DNA of 62,776 nt, the filler included, from Diploschistes diacapsis (lineage: Eukaryota): assembly GCA_023645945.1 (NCBI GenBank). It is 6 parts of 6 records of this genome, joined end to end, with 100 filler letters (N's around TTAATTAATTAA, not from the genome) between each part and the next. Parts side by side here need not be neighbours in the genome. Positions count along the whole stretch, not along the records: positions 20,992 to 31,384 come from JALAIB010000932.1; positions 31,485 to 41,874 come from JALAIB010000933.1; 4 more parts are not named here. The stretch is one strand, 5' to 3'. Made by a program: the position numbers and the translations under genes. How positions within the stretch are numbered: the stretch's first letter is position 1; the number at the start of each line of letters is the position of its first letter. The notes beneath the pieces are model-generated. The model saw nothing but the letters and a program-made list of their open reading frames with translations. It ran no database searches and had not been told where the DNA came from. This document shows positions 23,906 to 36,474 of this stretch, piece after piece.

Positions 23906-24947
23906 GCAGTAGGTACTGACTAGGACATTGTTGATATCTAGATTGTAATTGGATGATGGAATTTATTTTCAGCATGACCGGGAACGGTTTAGCGCAACTT
24001 GAAATGGCTTGCCAACGTCCAAGCTTCGTTTTTCAACTCCAGCTGCTCTTTATTATTTCATCCCTCAAGGCTCTTTCACATCGCACTTACAAAACTAATA
24101 AAGCCTGCTCCATGATTCCGAAGACTGTAATCGTATAGACGCTTGCACTCCACATGTTGTCCCTGGACTGGCGTCCTCCAGCCGCCGTGGGTTCACTACC
24201 CATGGATCAATACGGGTCGACCTCTGCCGCCAGGCGTCTGGCTGAGCTTGTCGTTCCCCTGCTCCTCACGAAACGGGTCTAGCACTACGGTTTCCAGATG
24301 CTGTTGTCTGTGATAGATGTGGGACGAACGACTTGCTGTAGCAGCGTATGCGGGCCCTCTTGCTGGGACCCTGGTTTAGGATACGCTCCATGGCGGAGCT
24401 TTCATCATGATGTTGCTGCTATGAAGCTCTGCGGTTGTTCATTGTGCTCATCTATGCCGATCAAATTGGGCCCCTCGCTAGGTCTCTCATCTCTGAGGCA
24501 GTACCAGGGTCGACTCAGCATCGCAATGTCTTTGCTTTGTCGACCAGTACTCGTCGAACGAATGGACGGTTCGATGCACCCTGCCAGATGGTTCAACTTC
24601 ATATTTTTTGTTCTCACCAGTGTTATGGTAGGTAAAGTTCTCTGTTTTGTGCTGTTCTCCGCCAGAGGTCCCTTGTGGACGCCGTACTCCAGTGGGTCAT
24701 CTATATAATGTACCATTCCCTGATGTTTTGCATTTTTGTGCTTTAAATTTCTAGGACAAAAACATTTATGGCTTGCCTGTTCTAGTAATCTACTCACTGC
24801 TTACCGGCTTTGCTTTGTCATACTACAAATCCTGTCAAATGATATCACATAGCTCTAGGTGATTCTACTAAACCGCTACCCTATCGGATAAACCACGCCG
24901 CAACTTAAGTCAGATTATATAAATACACTCCTCCTATCCAATTCACA

Positions 24948-26031
24948 ATGTCAAAACCACCTTCTATATTCACAAATCCGGAGCCCTCCTTAATAACATC
25001 AACAAAGTCGGAATCTCCGCTACTTGCCCTTGCAGATGCTCCACAGTTTTCAAGGCCTTCCGTCTCTCCTTACCCTCCCATTTCAACGACTGCTGGGGGA
25101 ACACAAGCAACGTCCACTGCCTCGGAAGGCTCCTTCTACTTGACTGTGCCCTCGGTCTCTCAAAGTCGAGGAAGCGCTCAAATACTGTAAGCGACTCAAC
25201 GGCCTCTGGTAATCTCAAGCGGCTAATAGTACTCAGGAAGGATTTGTGGGACCGGGTTTCTATAGCCAGATCACCATGAGTGGTACGAAAGCTATAGGTG
25301 CGGCAGGTAAGGCTTTTCCTGACTATGTTTTCAATATGTTCAAGATTACACAAGAATTTCTCTTTCCTGCGAAGTGAACGGGGTAGCTGACACGCTCCAC
25401 AGACAAAGCCAAGCTCATCAAATCCTTGGAGGCTCACAGTGTCAATACTCTCGTGGAACTTCGTCGGATAGAGAAGGTATTGGTTGGTGCCACCGACGCA
25501 ACTGGGCCTATGACAAATGCTTGGGCACATTATGTCAATTCGAATAATCTTCTTAGTGAGCTTCGAGGTCTTACGAAAAGCTACCCCTTCAGCTCTGAAT
25601 GCCTCGACGAAGCAAAATGGATGGTTATTAGCGATCCTCAAAGTTCCAGAAGCTGGAACTATTGCTGGCTAGTTCTGCAAAAAGCAGAGAACCAGTAAGT
25701 AACGCTGACTTTCCTACATCGAGCACACATAAGCCGATCGCTACTGTTTTCGAGACGCTAGAGATGCTGCATACGCTTAGCCTCTGATAACCGCAGCACA
25801 TTTTTCTTCGCTTTGCGCTTGGCATTCAATTCCATCTGCTAACTCCAAGTTAGAGGCCTGATTCCCAAGCATGCTCGTCAGCTTGCAGCAAAGCCTGAGA
25901 TGTGGGGCGGTAAGCAACCAACAGCCCGGAACATGGATGAGCTCGCAACTGCATGTGCCAAGGAATGGTCACAAGCTTTGAATCAGATGTTAAGGCATTG
26001 GGACACTGCACCGACTCTACTTGGAAAGTAG
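24948..26031 (+). CDS. Hypothetical protein, 3 exons
   Basis: GTAAGC intron from about 25187 to CAG near 25401; exon KLIKSLEAH...WNYCWLVLQKAEN; GTAAGT intron 25695 to about 25853; last exon GLIPKHARQLAAKPEMWGG...MLRHWDTAPTLLGK*. Confidence 0.75.
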
Positions 26032-29000
26032 CTGCCAGCCTTATCGCTGGTTCGAATAAAAGCCTCCTTTTTCTACCCTACATCTTTTGGAGGCCTTGGG
26101 TACTTCTTCCCCATCATTGGCCGCACCTTTAAGGATCAATTCCGATATTTGATGCATTTCTAGCCGGATTCCCTTACGGTCACTGAATACATTTCGAGTC
26201 GGCAGTTGCTTCTCTGGCGCTACCCTTTACACAAAGACAACCAAAACATGACCACTTCAATGTACACTAGCTAAAGGATTTGGAGGGTGGCACAAGGTTG
26301 CGTGAATGGAGGCGATCTTGAAGACCATTGTTTAATTGCGTGCAGGGTGTCTATGGGCTGGCGTTCCACTAATGGTACGGATTGCAGATCAAGTTGATGA
26401 TTCGTGTTATGGTTGCATTTCGAGAGTCAACTGGCTACCGAGAAATTGAAGCGACAGAGCTTCGTTGGCTATCGGCACTTAGAGGCTTATGCTTACGTGA
26501 GAAACAAATACAATGTACCTGCGTTCCTGACTTCAAAGACTGGCAGTTTACAGTCACGTGTGCATTGCGGCACGACTATGCCACGGTCGAATGACTCCGG
26601 TCCGGTCCAGATAACTACCATGTTACTGTTTTTGGAGCACGATTATTTTCCCGGATGGTGCTAACCGCATTGGAAGGCTCAAGCCAGGCCTTCTGAAACG
26701 GCAGTTGTTCTGGTGATACTAATATTCCCTCAGTATTTCCGAGTGCTTAGACTCATGTCAGTCATGGCTCACTCGCCGATAGGTTTCTGTCCCTCATCGC
26801 CGCGGCCAAACAATCCGGACATCACTGCATGCTGGACCCTATAGCGTACCGACGGGAAGGTTCAGGGTCAACCCGAGGACTTGGTAACGACGTTCCATGC
26901 ATTGTAATCCGAACATGACGTACCACTTTTGCATGGCTAGATTGTCTTGGAATACCAAGGGCCCCTTTCAAGACTGGAACGAATCCGATGGTATTGGCGT
27001 TGCATCGAAGCCCTATCATTGTGGATGTAGTCAGCTGTATAAACAGGTCCCGGGACAGACATTATAGCTAGATCGAACGTCAGATCGCGCGATCACTGGA
27101 TCAAAGCTCGATAGACTTTCCAGCCGACGGCAGCATAGCCATTATGATCGGAGCCGACGTTGCTGCCTGCAAGGGACTTTCAACTCCTGACTCGAGATCC
27201 GAGGAGCGGAGCCCGAGATACCACGCTACTGAATATTAATCGCTACTCACGGTCAGAAGAACAGATGATTACTTTGGACCGTGACTAGGAGTAATAAGTC
27301 TATGGAGGTAGCTTGATGGTTTGTAGCGTATCAATGGCTTTTACAAGTATTGGAGAAATAAATTAGTGGTGCTGTTTCATTGCGTATTATTTCACGCCTG
27401 ACGAACAGTGATAAAGGCAAGGTGCACCGATCAAATGTCGGTGTAGGTTGCATTGGTATAGACCGCTATGAAGGTTGCTGTGCCGACTTGCGTTTACAGT
27501 ATCAGCTCCGGTGGACTTGGGCCTGTATATCTCGAAACTTGCTGCATGGGTCGCCGACGTTATCTTGCATCAATGTCAGAAACGGCGTTGCCAGTTTGAG
27601 ATAACTAGGTTGTATTACTCCGAGCGCCACTTGCGGCTGCCAAGAAGATCGCATTGTTATATGCTTGCAATTTAGCAGAATAAGGCCGACCAAGGATATG
27701 TGCTGCATATCATTGATCTCAATGCATGATGGCTAAGCCGCTAGGGGGCTCATCAACTTACCCTTTGCAGCCTAGTCCGACTATCAATCGTGATGGCATC
27801 ACCGCACTTTTAACTTCGCCCCAACTCAGAGTCACGCGAATGGCTCTAAAGCTGCCAAACTGGGGCATTATGAAGTTTTAGAGCTGTTCTAACGACTTCT
27901 GGCCACTCCAGGAGCGCCAGCAAATTACAGAGACAATGCTGCAAGTCTCACTGTTCGACTCTTCGGAGTTATGAAAAAGTTATACGGAAAGGGGCTGAGA
28001 AAGGGGCTGAGAGCGCGGAAAACCCATGTTGTCAGAGCTGGGCCTGATACGATTCAAAGCTGTTCACAAGGCTGACCCTCGATGACAAAGGATTCCGAAA
28101 AGAAAATTGTAGGATCTGGAAATAACAGGGAAATGCCGTGAAGACGGTCAGCAAAAAGTGTTCAAGACCGACTACGGAGCGGAGAGCTCCTTGGATTAAG
28201 TAACATTCGCATTGATCTGACGAAGCAACTTCCGGGATCGTCACTGGGCTATCTTTCAGATGACATCCTGATGCAACGTCCAGACCATCTTTGCGGATCT
28301 AAGACAGAAAGGCTTCAACAAACTCTATTGGTCTTACCTTTCTGATAGGCAGCAGAGGCTCATGCTGTTTTAGATCTCCTTGACGGTCATCACTTGCCAC
28401 TGCGATAAGAGCGCAGTCCCTAGGTAGGACTGGTCGGCATCAGAAAAATCTATTCATGAGGTTTGCTGTAGTTATACTGCCATGCAGCTCTTACATGGCA
28501 TACGTTGAATGGGTTCTTTTGACAAGACAACTCGAAGCCGTATCGTCCTGGGCCCCCGAAATCACCGTAGCGTCTTAGTAGTTTGGAATGCGATTTCAGA
28601 GATACCTATTCGACTTGAGGCTTTCACAACAATGTTAAAGGGCAATGAAACATATCTTGACGCTGGAACAAGGCCACCACTTAGAAGTCTTCCATAGGGG
28701 CAAAGTCGTGTTTCAACTGTTCCATACTCTATTGAGATTTGCCGGAGCGCTTGTTATTCTTGAACAGATTACAGTTTAGCTCCCCCTCAATTGGACAATA
28801 TGCGTCACCTTTTTGTACCAAAGCGGAACACGTCGCAGCAAGATGATAGTGGCGCAGTCCTTTACATCATTGAACCATACCATGCCAAGACCAAGAGAAT
28901 CCACGATCGATGCCGGCAGCTCTGGGTACATCGCATCAGCTTAGCATGGCTCAACGGCAATTCTAGCCAACCCCTATTGCTTGCGAGTGCAACAACAGCT

Positions 29001-32000
29001 TCGGGGTTGCACGTGGCTAGGAGCCATGGCAGATATGCAACAGGGATGCAACGGAAACAAATACGGGGTTAAAATTCGAAAGCATCATAGCGTTTCCCAA
29101 GGGATGGACATTATGGTACCTGGGAAGCTGGCTCACGAGATCCCATCGGATCCTAGACGTCTCGCAAAGTTTCGACGTCTGGCATCAGATTGACCGACCT
29201 ACCGCGGTTCTACAAGGCGCTTACGGAAGCACTACCAATATTAGGCGCCATAGGTCTTACAAGGGACCGTATCGAGGAACACCGGGAAATCGTTATTGTC
29301 ATGAAAAGTGCTGTACCAGGACCGCTGTGTCAGCTAGAACAGTCATGACTATTGTACGTGAAGCTCGACCTCTCCACTAATCTACCCTCTACCAGTATAA
29401 GTCAGACGTTTGACTCGTTCAGTGCAAGAATACGATGGAGATACAACACCTGTAATGGGTGCGATTTCAGAGAACTTGATTTATTTCCTGGGGAGATGCA
29501 TCTACGATGTCCAGCCAGCCTAGGAAAGTGTATAAAGGCACTGGTGTGGATGCATATGCTCCCGGTATATCGGGGGAGTTGAAGAAGGTCGACTGCCATC
29601 CGCAAGCGACGTGCTTCGTTTCACCCTAGGATAGGACCAAGGTGCGGTTGAGATGATGGGCACGCCCGCAGCGACTCTATGTGACTCTCACTGGCATTAG
29701 AAATTCTACTCCCCCTTCAAAAACGTCCTTAACCTTACTCAGTACAGTCGTAGCCTTAAATCACAACATCGACCCGAGCTTAAGAAATTGCAGGTCTCTG
29801 GCCAGATAAGGTGATGGGAGAGCAGCAGCAGAGGCTAGGCGCCAATATGATTCTTGACCCACGGATTGGCTACCGCATGGGATAGACTTTGACGGATTGC
29901 TGTATGGGACCTCGATAGAGGTGTTACTTACGGGCATTATTTCGTGGTTCATCTGATATATCAATGTTACCTAACCACCCGCCTTCACCTCAATTGATCT
30001 TCGGAACCAGCATAGAGCCTACTGGATTGGGAGATTGATTGGAGAATTTGCGCTCAACATTGCCGGACGAAAGACGGCGCTGTCCAGCATATATGCGAAT
30101 CTATGATCTTTATTATCGGATGTCTTGGGGAAAGTATCATGGTAAGTGTTCCTTCCGCTCCCAAACGAAACCGACCTTCGTTCGGCCAACAGGTCAACAC
30201 AGGGAGAAAGTATAGAGCTCTGCGCGTCCACACTCAGACACTGTTGAGGGATTCCATACAAAGAGTTACCCGGTAATATGTAGACGCTGCTGGAGCCAAG
30301 GTACGCTATTCAGATCAATTCTCATACCCAGTTACTCTGGGAGAAAAATCCGTCGAGCAGTCAGGGGACTAGGTAACAGCCAGATTGCTGCCCACACAAA
30401 GTGTATCACCAAAGACCGCCCAACACAGGCACGCAGCCTCGAACATCAGCTCTAACCAAAACGAGATATTGAAAAAGCGGACCTTCAAACCGCAGATCTT
30501 TTTATCGCCAAACTCTTTCTCAGACCTTCGCGATCCAGTCCGCCCGCGGTGTAAGGCTTTTTCGAAGACCTATCCAAAACACTCTCTCTACCAGAGAGCA
30601 AGAAGTTAAGCCCCTGCAATCCATCCAGTACCTCCGGCCCTCTCTCTCCTCGGACATTCTTTCAGCTTCTATCGATTGACCAAATTACCGCGCCTGAGAA
30701 TCTGCTCCGCTTTTCTTTCCTGGTCTACGCCATGCGTCGAAAAATCAGTTCTCTTTTCTCTGCAGTACTCGTCGCTCACGCCCAAGCCTCTCTTTGCTCT
30801 GTGTTTCTGCCCTGCAAGCACACATTCCTAACTCTGAGCACAAGGCTGCGGACTCGGATGCTAGGTTTAATCAAGGGTCTTGACTGTGGGTTTCTGCTAT
30901 GCTCGTATCGGCGATCCAGGCGCCGAGGGTAACAGAACTGTCGCCTCCTGTTTTACCGCCTAGCGTGGGAAGGAAGAAAGTACATGAATATATGTTGGCG
31001 GTAAAAAAAAAAGAGTGATGGTGGGTTACAGCATGTCCTCGCAGCGAGGGAGTGCGGGGGACACTGCAGAGTTACCTGGAAGTTGTGCACCAGGGTATTC
31101 GGGCAGGGGCTTGAAGGCAAGAGGCTGGTACACACACACACAAGGGTTCAAGATGAAGCACAAGCAGCGCAATTGCAAGATCTCGTTCATTGACCTGCTG
31201 CGTTCATCATCGCTGCGTCGCTAGAATGGGGGTATCTAACAGAAACATATCGCTGCTACGTCAACCATCACTTTCTCGTTCCCTCCGGCCCCCTCTTTTT
31301 CCTCCTCCCCTCTCATCCCTTACGCCCGAATCCTCTCAATTCATGCCAACCCAGCAATCTCAACTTCCAGCCCCCCTCGCCACCNNNNNNNNNNNNNNNN
31401 NNNNNNNNNNNNNNNNNNNNNNNNNNNNTTAATTAATTAANNNNNNNNNNNNNNNNNNNNNNNNNNNNNNNNNNNNNNNNNNNNTGTATATATATATATA
31501 TATAGCTGTTCTCGAGTGAAGTCATCGTGCTCATGCTCGTGTTTCAAATTTCCTTATGCAGGAGCGTAAAGGGCCAAAACTACCACACCGCACGTCCCAC
31601 TGCCTCGCACCAAGTAGATCGCCCGGCTCGTACGTTTGTAGTGCAGTGCCGAAGCTCTCCCCTCCCCTCCTGCGGAATAGGAATAGCTAATGGCCCATAC
31701 CCCATGGTCAGGGTCGGGGTCAGGCATTGCAGGCCCAGGCGCGTCCGCCTTGCCATGCCATGCTAAACCAACAGCAGCCTCGCCAATCCCCGGCGTACGC
31801 ACCCACCCATGCGTGTTCTGCGCCACGAATGTGGGACGATCTCGTCGAGCAAGCGTGCCCATACAGAAGAATCGTCCCATCCCCGTTCTCGTTCTTGTTC
31901 CCTCGGGGGAGTGGGGATGGGCGTGGGTTCTGCGTGTGCGTGCCCCATGCGTCAAACAGGACGGGACGGGACGGGACGACGTGGTTCTATGTAAGTGGTG

Positions 32001-32618
32001 ACGTAGAACCAGCGTTTTGTTCCCTGCATACGCCCGAATCGAATCGGGTTCGCCGGAATGCAATGATTTCATCGGCGTTGCGCGGAAAACTTTCTCCGAC
32101 TTTGGCGCTTGAACTTGGAGAATGCCACGTAGGGAGCTCCTTGGTTTGGTTTTGGAGTGGAGTGAATCGACTTCCCTCGTATAGCGAGCGGCCGATGCAG
32201 TCTGGGATGGATGGATCTGCCGGGTCAATTACTGGTGTTGGCCAATGGGAGGCTGCTCCCTCTGTATGCTAGGAGCATGATTTTCCGATTCTGCATCGCG
32301 TGGAAACAAGGCCTTACGTTTGCACTGCGTCAAGGACGTGGGTTCCCATTAGCTTTTCAGGTTCGGATGCGGGCCCGCCGCTTCCACTGTTTTCTCCCAT
32401 ATAACTTTTAACCAGCATGGTTCCCTTTCTGACGCTGCTAGCATCGACCAGTATATCCGGAGTATGACGTCTAATCCCGTCCGACGTGCTCTGAACCCCA
32501 TGTCCCATCACCTTCCAGAGGAAAGTCAAGCACCAGCATCACTTTGGCCATACATTTCAAAATCTAAGCCGCGGTGTTCGGCATGCAGCAGAGATTTCTG
32601 TGGGCGCCGATGGTCGTA

Positions 32619-34028
32619 TCAAGGTACGTAGGGCGCCAGCGAGGCCCAATTGAGGCTTTCGTAGGCACTGGCTGGCAAAGAGCGCAGCTCGATCAGATCC
32701 GCAGTGAGGATATAAGCCCGGGCAGCTACGTAGAGACCTCCGAAGAACCAAGTACCCAGGATTGCTCCGGCAGGGGCGTCGAATGCTGGATCGTTGGAGA
32801 TGGAATTGTTGCGTAGCAGCGCAAGAAAGGCGTCGAACTTGTTTCCAATGGCTTGCAGTTTGTCAAGAATTTTGTTTCGGAACTTGAGGGTTCTGCCCTG
32901 CGAGCCTAGCCTGGCTATTGGCTCGGGCGGTGATTCTTCTGACTTCCGACGGAGAGGAAACCATTTGAAGTACACCAGCTCGAACACAATGAACACCCAT
33001 CCATCCAATAACGCGATCAAAGTGGCACTGCGCCAGAGTGTCTGCTCTATGATAGTAGGAAAGCTGAAATTCCATCCGATAATGAATATGCTAAAGTACA
33101 AAATACACACGAAGGCGAAAAGAACCAGGAACCAGCCATCAATGTTAGGGACTGCTGTATTGTTGAAACGTTGAACGGGCAATTGCTGCGGTTGCCCGGC
33201 CAAGTGCAATCTTCGTAGATAACCCAATCCGTGCATCCAGAGTATAGACCAAGACCACTCCTTGCGTCCAATGGGATCCAAAGGTGTATAGGTATAGACT
33301 GCATCAGCGGGAATGCCTCTCTCGGCTAGTATTCTCGCAATTGGCGTCTTAGTACTGATGACTTCGCGGCTCTGCACATCGGCAGGCTTTCGAAGCCAGC
33401 AAAGCGTCGTCATCAAACCTACCACCACAAATGCTGACGTACTCAGCTCGAGAGCTGTGACGGCCAGCCCTTGAGTGGTGCGGATGATTAAGTTGATCAG
33501 GAAAAAGACCGTCTGGAAGAGCGTGATGAAGCGAAGTGTAGTATCCACTTTGTTTTTGTCGCGTATTTGACTTTCCTCGATCCGAGGATACTGAACGTAT
33601 TCCTTTATCACTAAGTAATGTAATTGCTGGGCGTTTATTGGGAATACTGGGTAGTCAGGGGACTCTAGATGAAGTCCACCCATATCGACGAAGAAACTAC
33701 ATCGCAGAGTCCATTCATGATAACCGGATCCATGGAACAGTTGTAGAGCACGGCGTGCGGAAAGCCATTGTCCTAGCGCCGCTTGGAAGATTAGCTCTGG
33801 TGCAAGTCCACATAGGCCCACAAGTAAGAATTTGCGAGCAATGATAGAGAACGAGGACGAGGACGATCCCGGCTGGGGCAAATTAATGACCAGAACTGAC
33901 CAGCAGCATAAGAAAGTGGTTATCGCGCAGCTCCAAATTATGCTCATCGTTCCACGACCGTTGGGCGAAGAGGTCCATCCCTGCCTATCTTCCCAATTTC
34001 CTGTGGAAGATAGAGTGCTATTGTTCAT
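32619..34028 (-). CDS. Uncharacterised multi-pass membrane protein, intronless (fungal 'GW...RGT..IIWSC' type)
   Basis: Long ORF; GWTSSPNGRGTMSIIWSCAITTFLCCWSVL, APELI, FFVDMGG, IRDKNKVD, LELST, WLRKP, GWNFSFPT.IEQTLWR and LRSLPASAYES. Probable start MNNSTL at 34028. Confidence 0.85.
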   Translation of the reverse strand: MNNSTLSSTGNWEDRQGWTSSPNGRGTMSIIWSCAITTFLCCWSVLVINLPQPGSSSSSFSIIARKFLLVGLCGLAPELIFQAALGQWLSARRALQLFHGSGYHEWTLRCSFFVDMGGLHLESPDYPVFPINAQQLHYLVIKEYVQYPRIEESQIRDKNKVDTTLRFITLFQTVFFLINLIIRTTQGLAVTALELSTSAFVVVGLMTTLCWLRKPADVQSREVISTKTPIARILAERGIPADAVYTYTPLDPIGRKEWSWSILWMHGLGYLRRLHLAGQPQQLPVQRFNNTAVPNIDGWFLVLFAFVCILYFSIFIIGWNFSFPTIIEQTLWRSATLIALLDGWVFIVFELVYFKWFPLRRKSEESPPEPIARLGSQGRTLKFRNKILDKLQAIGNKFDAFLALLRNNSISNDPAFDAPAGAILGTWFFGGLYVAARAYILTADLIELRSLPASAYESLNWASLAPYVP

Positions 34029-34470
34029 CCTATTGGTCACCCAGAACTCTGATATGTCTACGAACCTGTCTTTGACAAAGTTCAGATCAAGAGGATCACA
34101 GTATAGTCTGTGCTTGTCCGATTTTCTAGCAAATAGAATCAACAGGGAGTGCCTTTGGTGTGCTATCGAATCGGAATTTCTGAGCCTGTCACCTTCTTTG
34201 GAGGCGACTCTATTGCTTCGTAGGAGAATGTGACTGCGAAAAGCGTTGTCGCTTTTAACGAAAAGGAAACCAAGCCAGAGCTTGTTATGCCTGGCGGATC
34301 AATCGGCTTAATATGTTTTGCTCAGCTCATTCTCGCCTTCCCAATGCTTTTTCCGAGGCGTAGATAGTGCATACCTCCAATCGAGGTTAGCCTCGATTGG
34401 AGGCGTACGCGTGCGGTAAAAACCTGTCCTTATCCAGTAGCAACTCCTTGCGTGAAACGGAGAGCATACG

Positions 34471-34965
34471 ATGGCTGGCGCTTCCTCAAGAATTGCCAGA
34501 CCTTTCGATGAGGACACAAGATTCGCATTTTCGAATTATTTGCATGAGCATCCAAACAATCGGCGCGTCTCTCTTGCGGAACAGGCACAGATCATCGAAT
34601 GGTTGATCCATGCTTCAAGCCGACCCGCCTCTCAGAGAGAATTCAGCAGACGGAACTATGTCAGAAAAACCTTTGCGTGGAACGAAGACATGCAGCAGTT
34701 ACTGGCTGTTGGCAGAAATGAGGGTGAACAACGCATCGTCGTTACGGAAGATTCAATCGCAGACATCGTTGAGGCGGTACACGTGCACAACAATCATCTC
34801 GGATGGGATGCAACCTGGAAAGACGTGAGCACGGCATACTATGGTATCTTACGATCTGACATTATCTTCTTGTTGAAGAGATGTCTCGTGTGCGCCGACG
34901 ACCCTTTGAAGCGTGCAAAGCATTCCAGCGATGGTGGGCTTATCTTCCTGAAGGGTGGACAGTAG
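34471..34965 (+). CDS. Stand-alone integrase zinc-binding (H2C2) domain protein, 164 aa
   Basis: HVHNNHLGWDATWKDVSTAYYGILRSDIIFLLKRCLVC gives H-x4-H-x28-C-x2-C. The ORF stops before any DDE core. Confidence 0.8.
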   Translation: MAGASSRIARPFDEDTRFAFSNYLHEHPNNRRVSLAEQAQIIEWLIHASSRPASQREFSRRNYVRKTFAWNEDMQQLLAVGRNEGEQRIVVTEDSIADIVEAVHVHNNHLGWDATWKDVSTAYYGILRSDIIFLLKRCLVCADDPLKRAKHSSDGGLIFLKGGQ

Positions 34966-35625
34966 TCCTTCGAAAGAGACGAAGGAGTTGATGGACAATA
35001 ATCAGATATCTGATCAGAGCTTGGAGAGGGCCATTTTGATCTGCGGGCGGTTCGAGCACGAGCACGCAGTCTATATTCGTGTGTATAACGTTGATAACGG
35101 CTATGAGCCTGAGGTGTCGTTACGCAGTATGCAAGCCGCAACTGCATAGACGCGCAGATGCTGCTTGTGTACGACAATTGCCCTTTTTGGTATTCGAGAG
35201 GTTACACAAAATAGACAACACTCTCCAATGAACGGAAACGCTCATGTTTTGCAAATTGCTCAGCGCCGGTACGCGGAAACCTGTTTTTGTGATGCAGGCT
35301 CGGGATTTTCAAGATTCCTGAATGATAATATATATATTGGCGAGGCACTCATGGTATTTATGAGCCAGGCACAGGACTCGCAGATCAGAAGCCAAGGGTG
35401 TTGGCGTTGGCGTAGGCGGTAGTTCCATGGTTCAAAAAGGAATTTACATTTTAAGGATGATATTTGCGATCCTGTAAAAACACTGCAGCTCATCCTGTCC
35501 TTTGATGTCAGATCTAGTAGTGGACATGACGGAAATTGCTGAGCCTAGTTATCATCCAGCTGGTTATACATGTTGCGAGTATAGGACATGCATCATGTGT
35601 ATCCAATTTGCGATGCTCTCAATCC

Positions 35626-36474
35626 TCAAAGCGGTTTCTTCCCCTTCACTTGCACGTATCTCCAATACCGCCTGCCTTCGTACATCGCAACTCCACTTGT
35701 CGTGTTGATGAAGTAATACTGGAGCCCTAGAAGCGTCAAAATAAGATGTGGTATGTACGCAAATATGTAGAACAGCCAGAGCATGGGGACGACATGTTTG
35801 GACATGTCAGTAAGCACCACATCCTCGAAACCAACGTCTCGTACAAGTCTTTCCAGATCGCCAGTCTCGAAGCTTTCAAACGCCGGCATTCCAGCTACTA
35901 TGTTTATCATCTTTGCTTCATGCGCAACATGCTTTGGGGCTTGTTCCCATCTGACGTGGTCGTATTCATGCATTGCTAACGATCCTCCAGGTTTCAGGAC
36001 TCGGAAAAATTCCTGCAAGACCTTGCGAGTGTCTGTTGCATGGACCACGGTCTCTATGGAATATATGCCGTCAAAATGGGCCTTGTCGAAAGCTTCGAGA
36101 TTGTGATAGTCTCCTTGTTGAATCGACACGCGGTCGCTCATTCCCGCGAGCCGTACATTTCGCCTGGCTTTCGCGACAGGACGTGGTGCCAAGTCGATGC
36201 CTTCAACGCAAAAGCCGCCTTCCCGTGCCATGTAGAGTGCAACGTGTCCTGCACCGCATCCGGCATCAAGTACGGTTGCTCCAGGGGAGCAGCCCAGAGC
36301 TTCCATGAGCTTTCCTTCCATGCGTCGAAGGGCGGTGGTGATGGGCCAAGGCCATGATGTCTCCGACGAATAGTAGCCCAAATGCCTGGTGCCTCCAAGG
36401 AACAAGCGGTAGCCGATGCGAGATTCTAGAGAATCGTAGTATGCTAAGATGCGCGAGGCTGTTGGATCGAGCAT
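35626..36474 (-). CDS. Class I SAM-dependent methyltransferase (sterol C24-methyltransferase-like), intronless
   Basis: YYDSLESRIGYRLFLGGTRHLGYY; motif I VLDAGCGAG; GDYH; FDGIYSIETVVHA; EFFRVLKPGG. Confidence 0.9.
   Translation of the reverse strand: MLDPTASRILAYYDSLESRIGYRLFLGGTRHLGYYSSETSWPWPITTALRRMEGKLMEALGCSPGATVLDAGCGAGHVALYMAREGGFCVEGIDLAPRPVAKARRNVRLAGMSDRVSIQQGDYHNLEAFDKAHFDGIYSIETVVHATDTRKVLQEFFRVLKPGGSLAMHEYDHVRWEQAPKHVAHEAKMINIVAGMPAFESFETGDLERLVRDVGFEDVVLTDMSKHVVPMLWLFYIFAYIPHLILTLLGLQYYFINTTSGVAMYEGRRYWRYVQVKGKKPL

Noticed and set aside
24970..25641. 223-aa minus-strand ORF
   Set aside because: Antisense shadow of the spliced plus-strand gene at 24948-26031.
27988..28012. Direct repeat GAAAGGGGCTGA x2
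   Set aside because: A single short duplication with no supporting structure.
31527..32272. Several overlapping ORFs up to 224 aa
   Set aside because: GC-rich, low-complexity non-coding DNA with ORFs in many frames and no recognisable domain.
35626..36474. Calling the methyltransferase ERG6
   Set aside because: It is shorter than ERG6 and lacks the YEYGWG motif and the C-terminal SMT domain.
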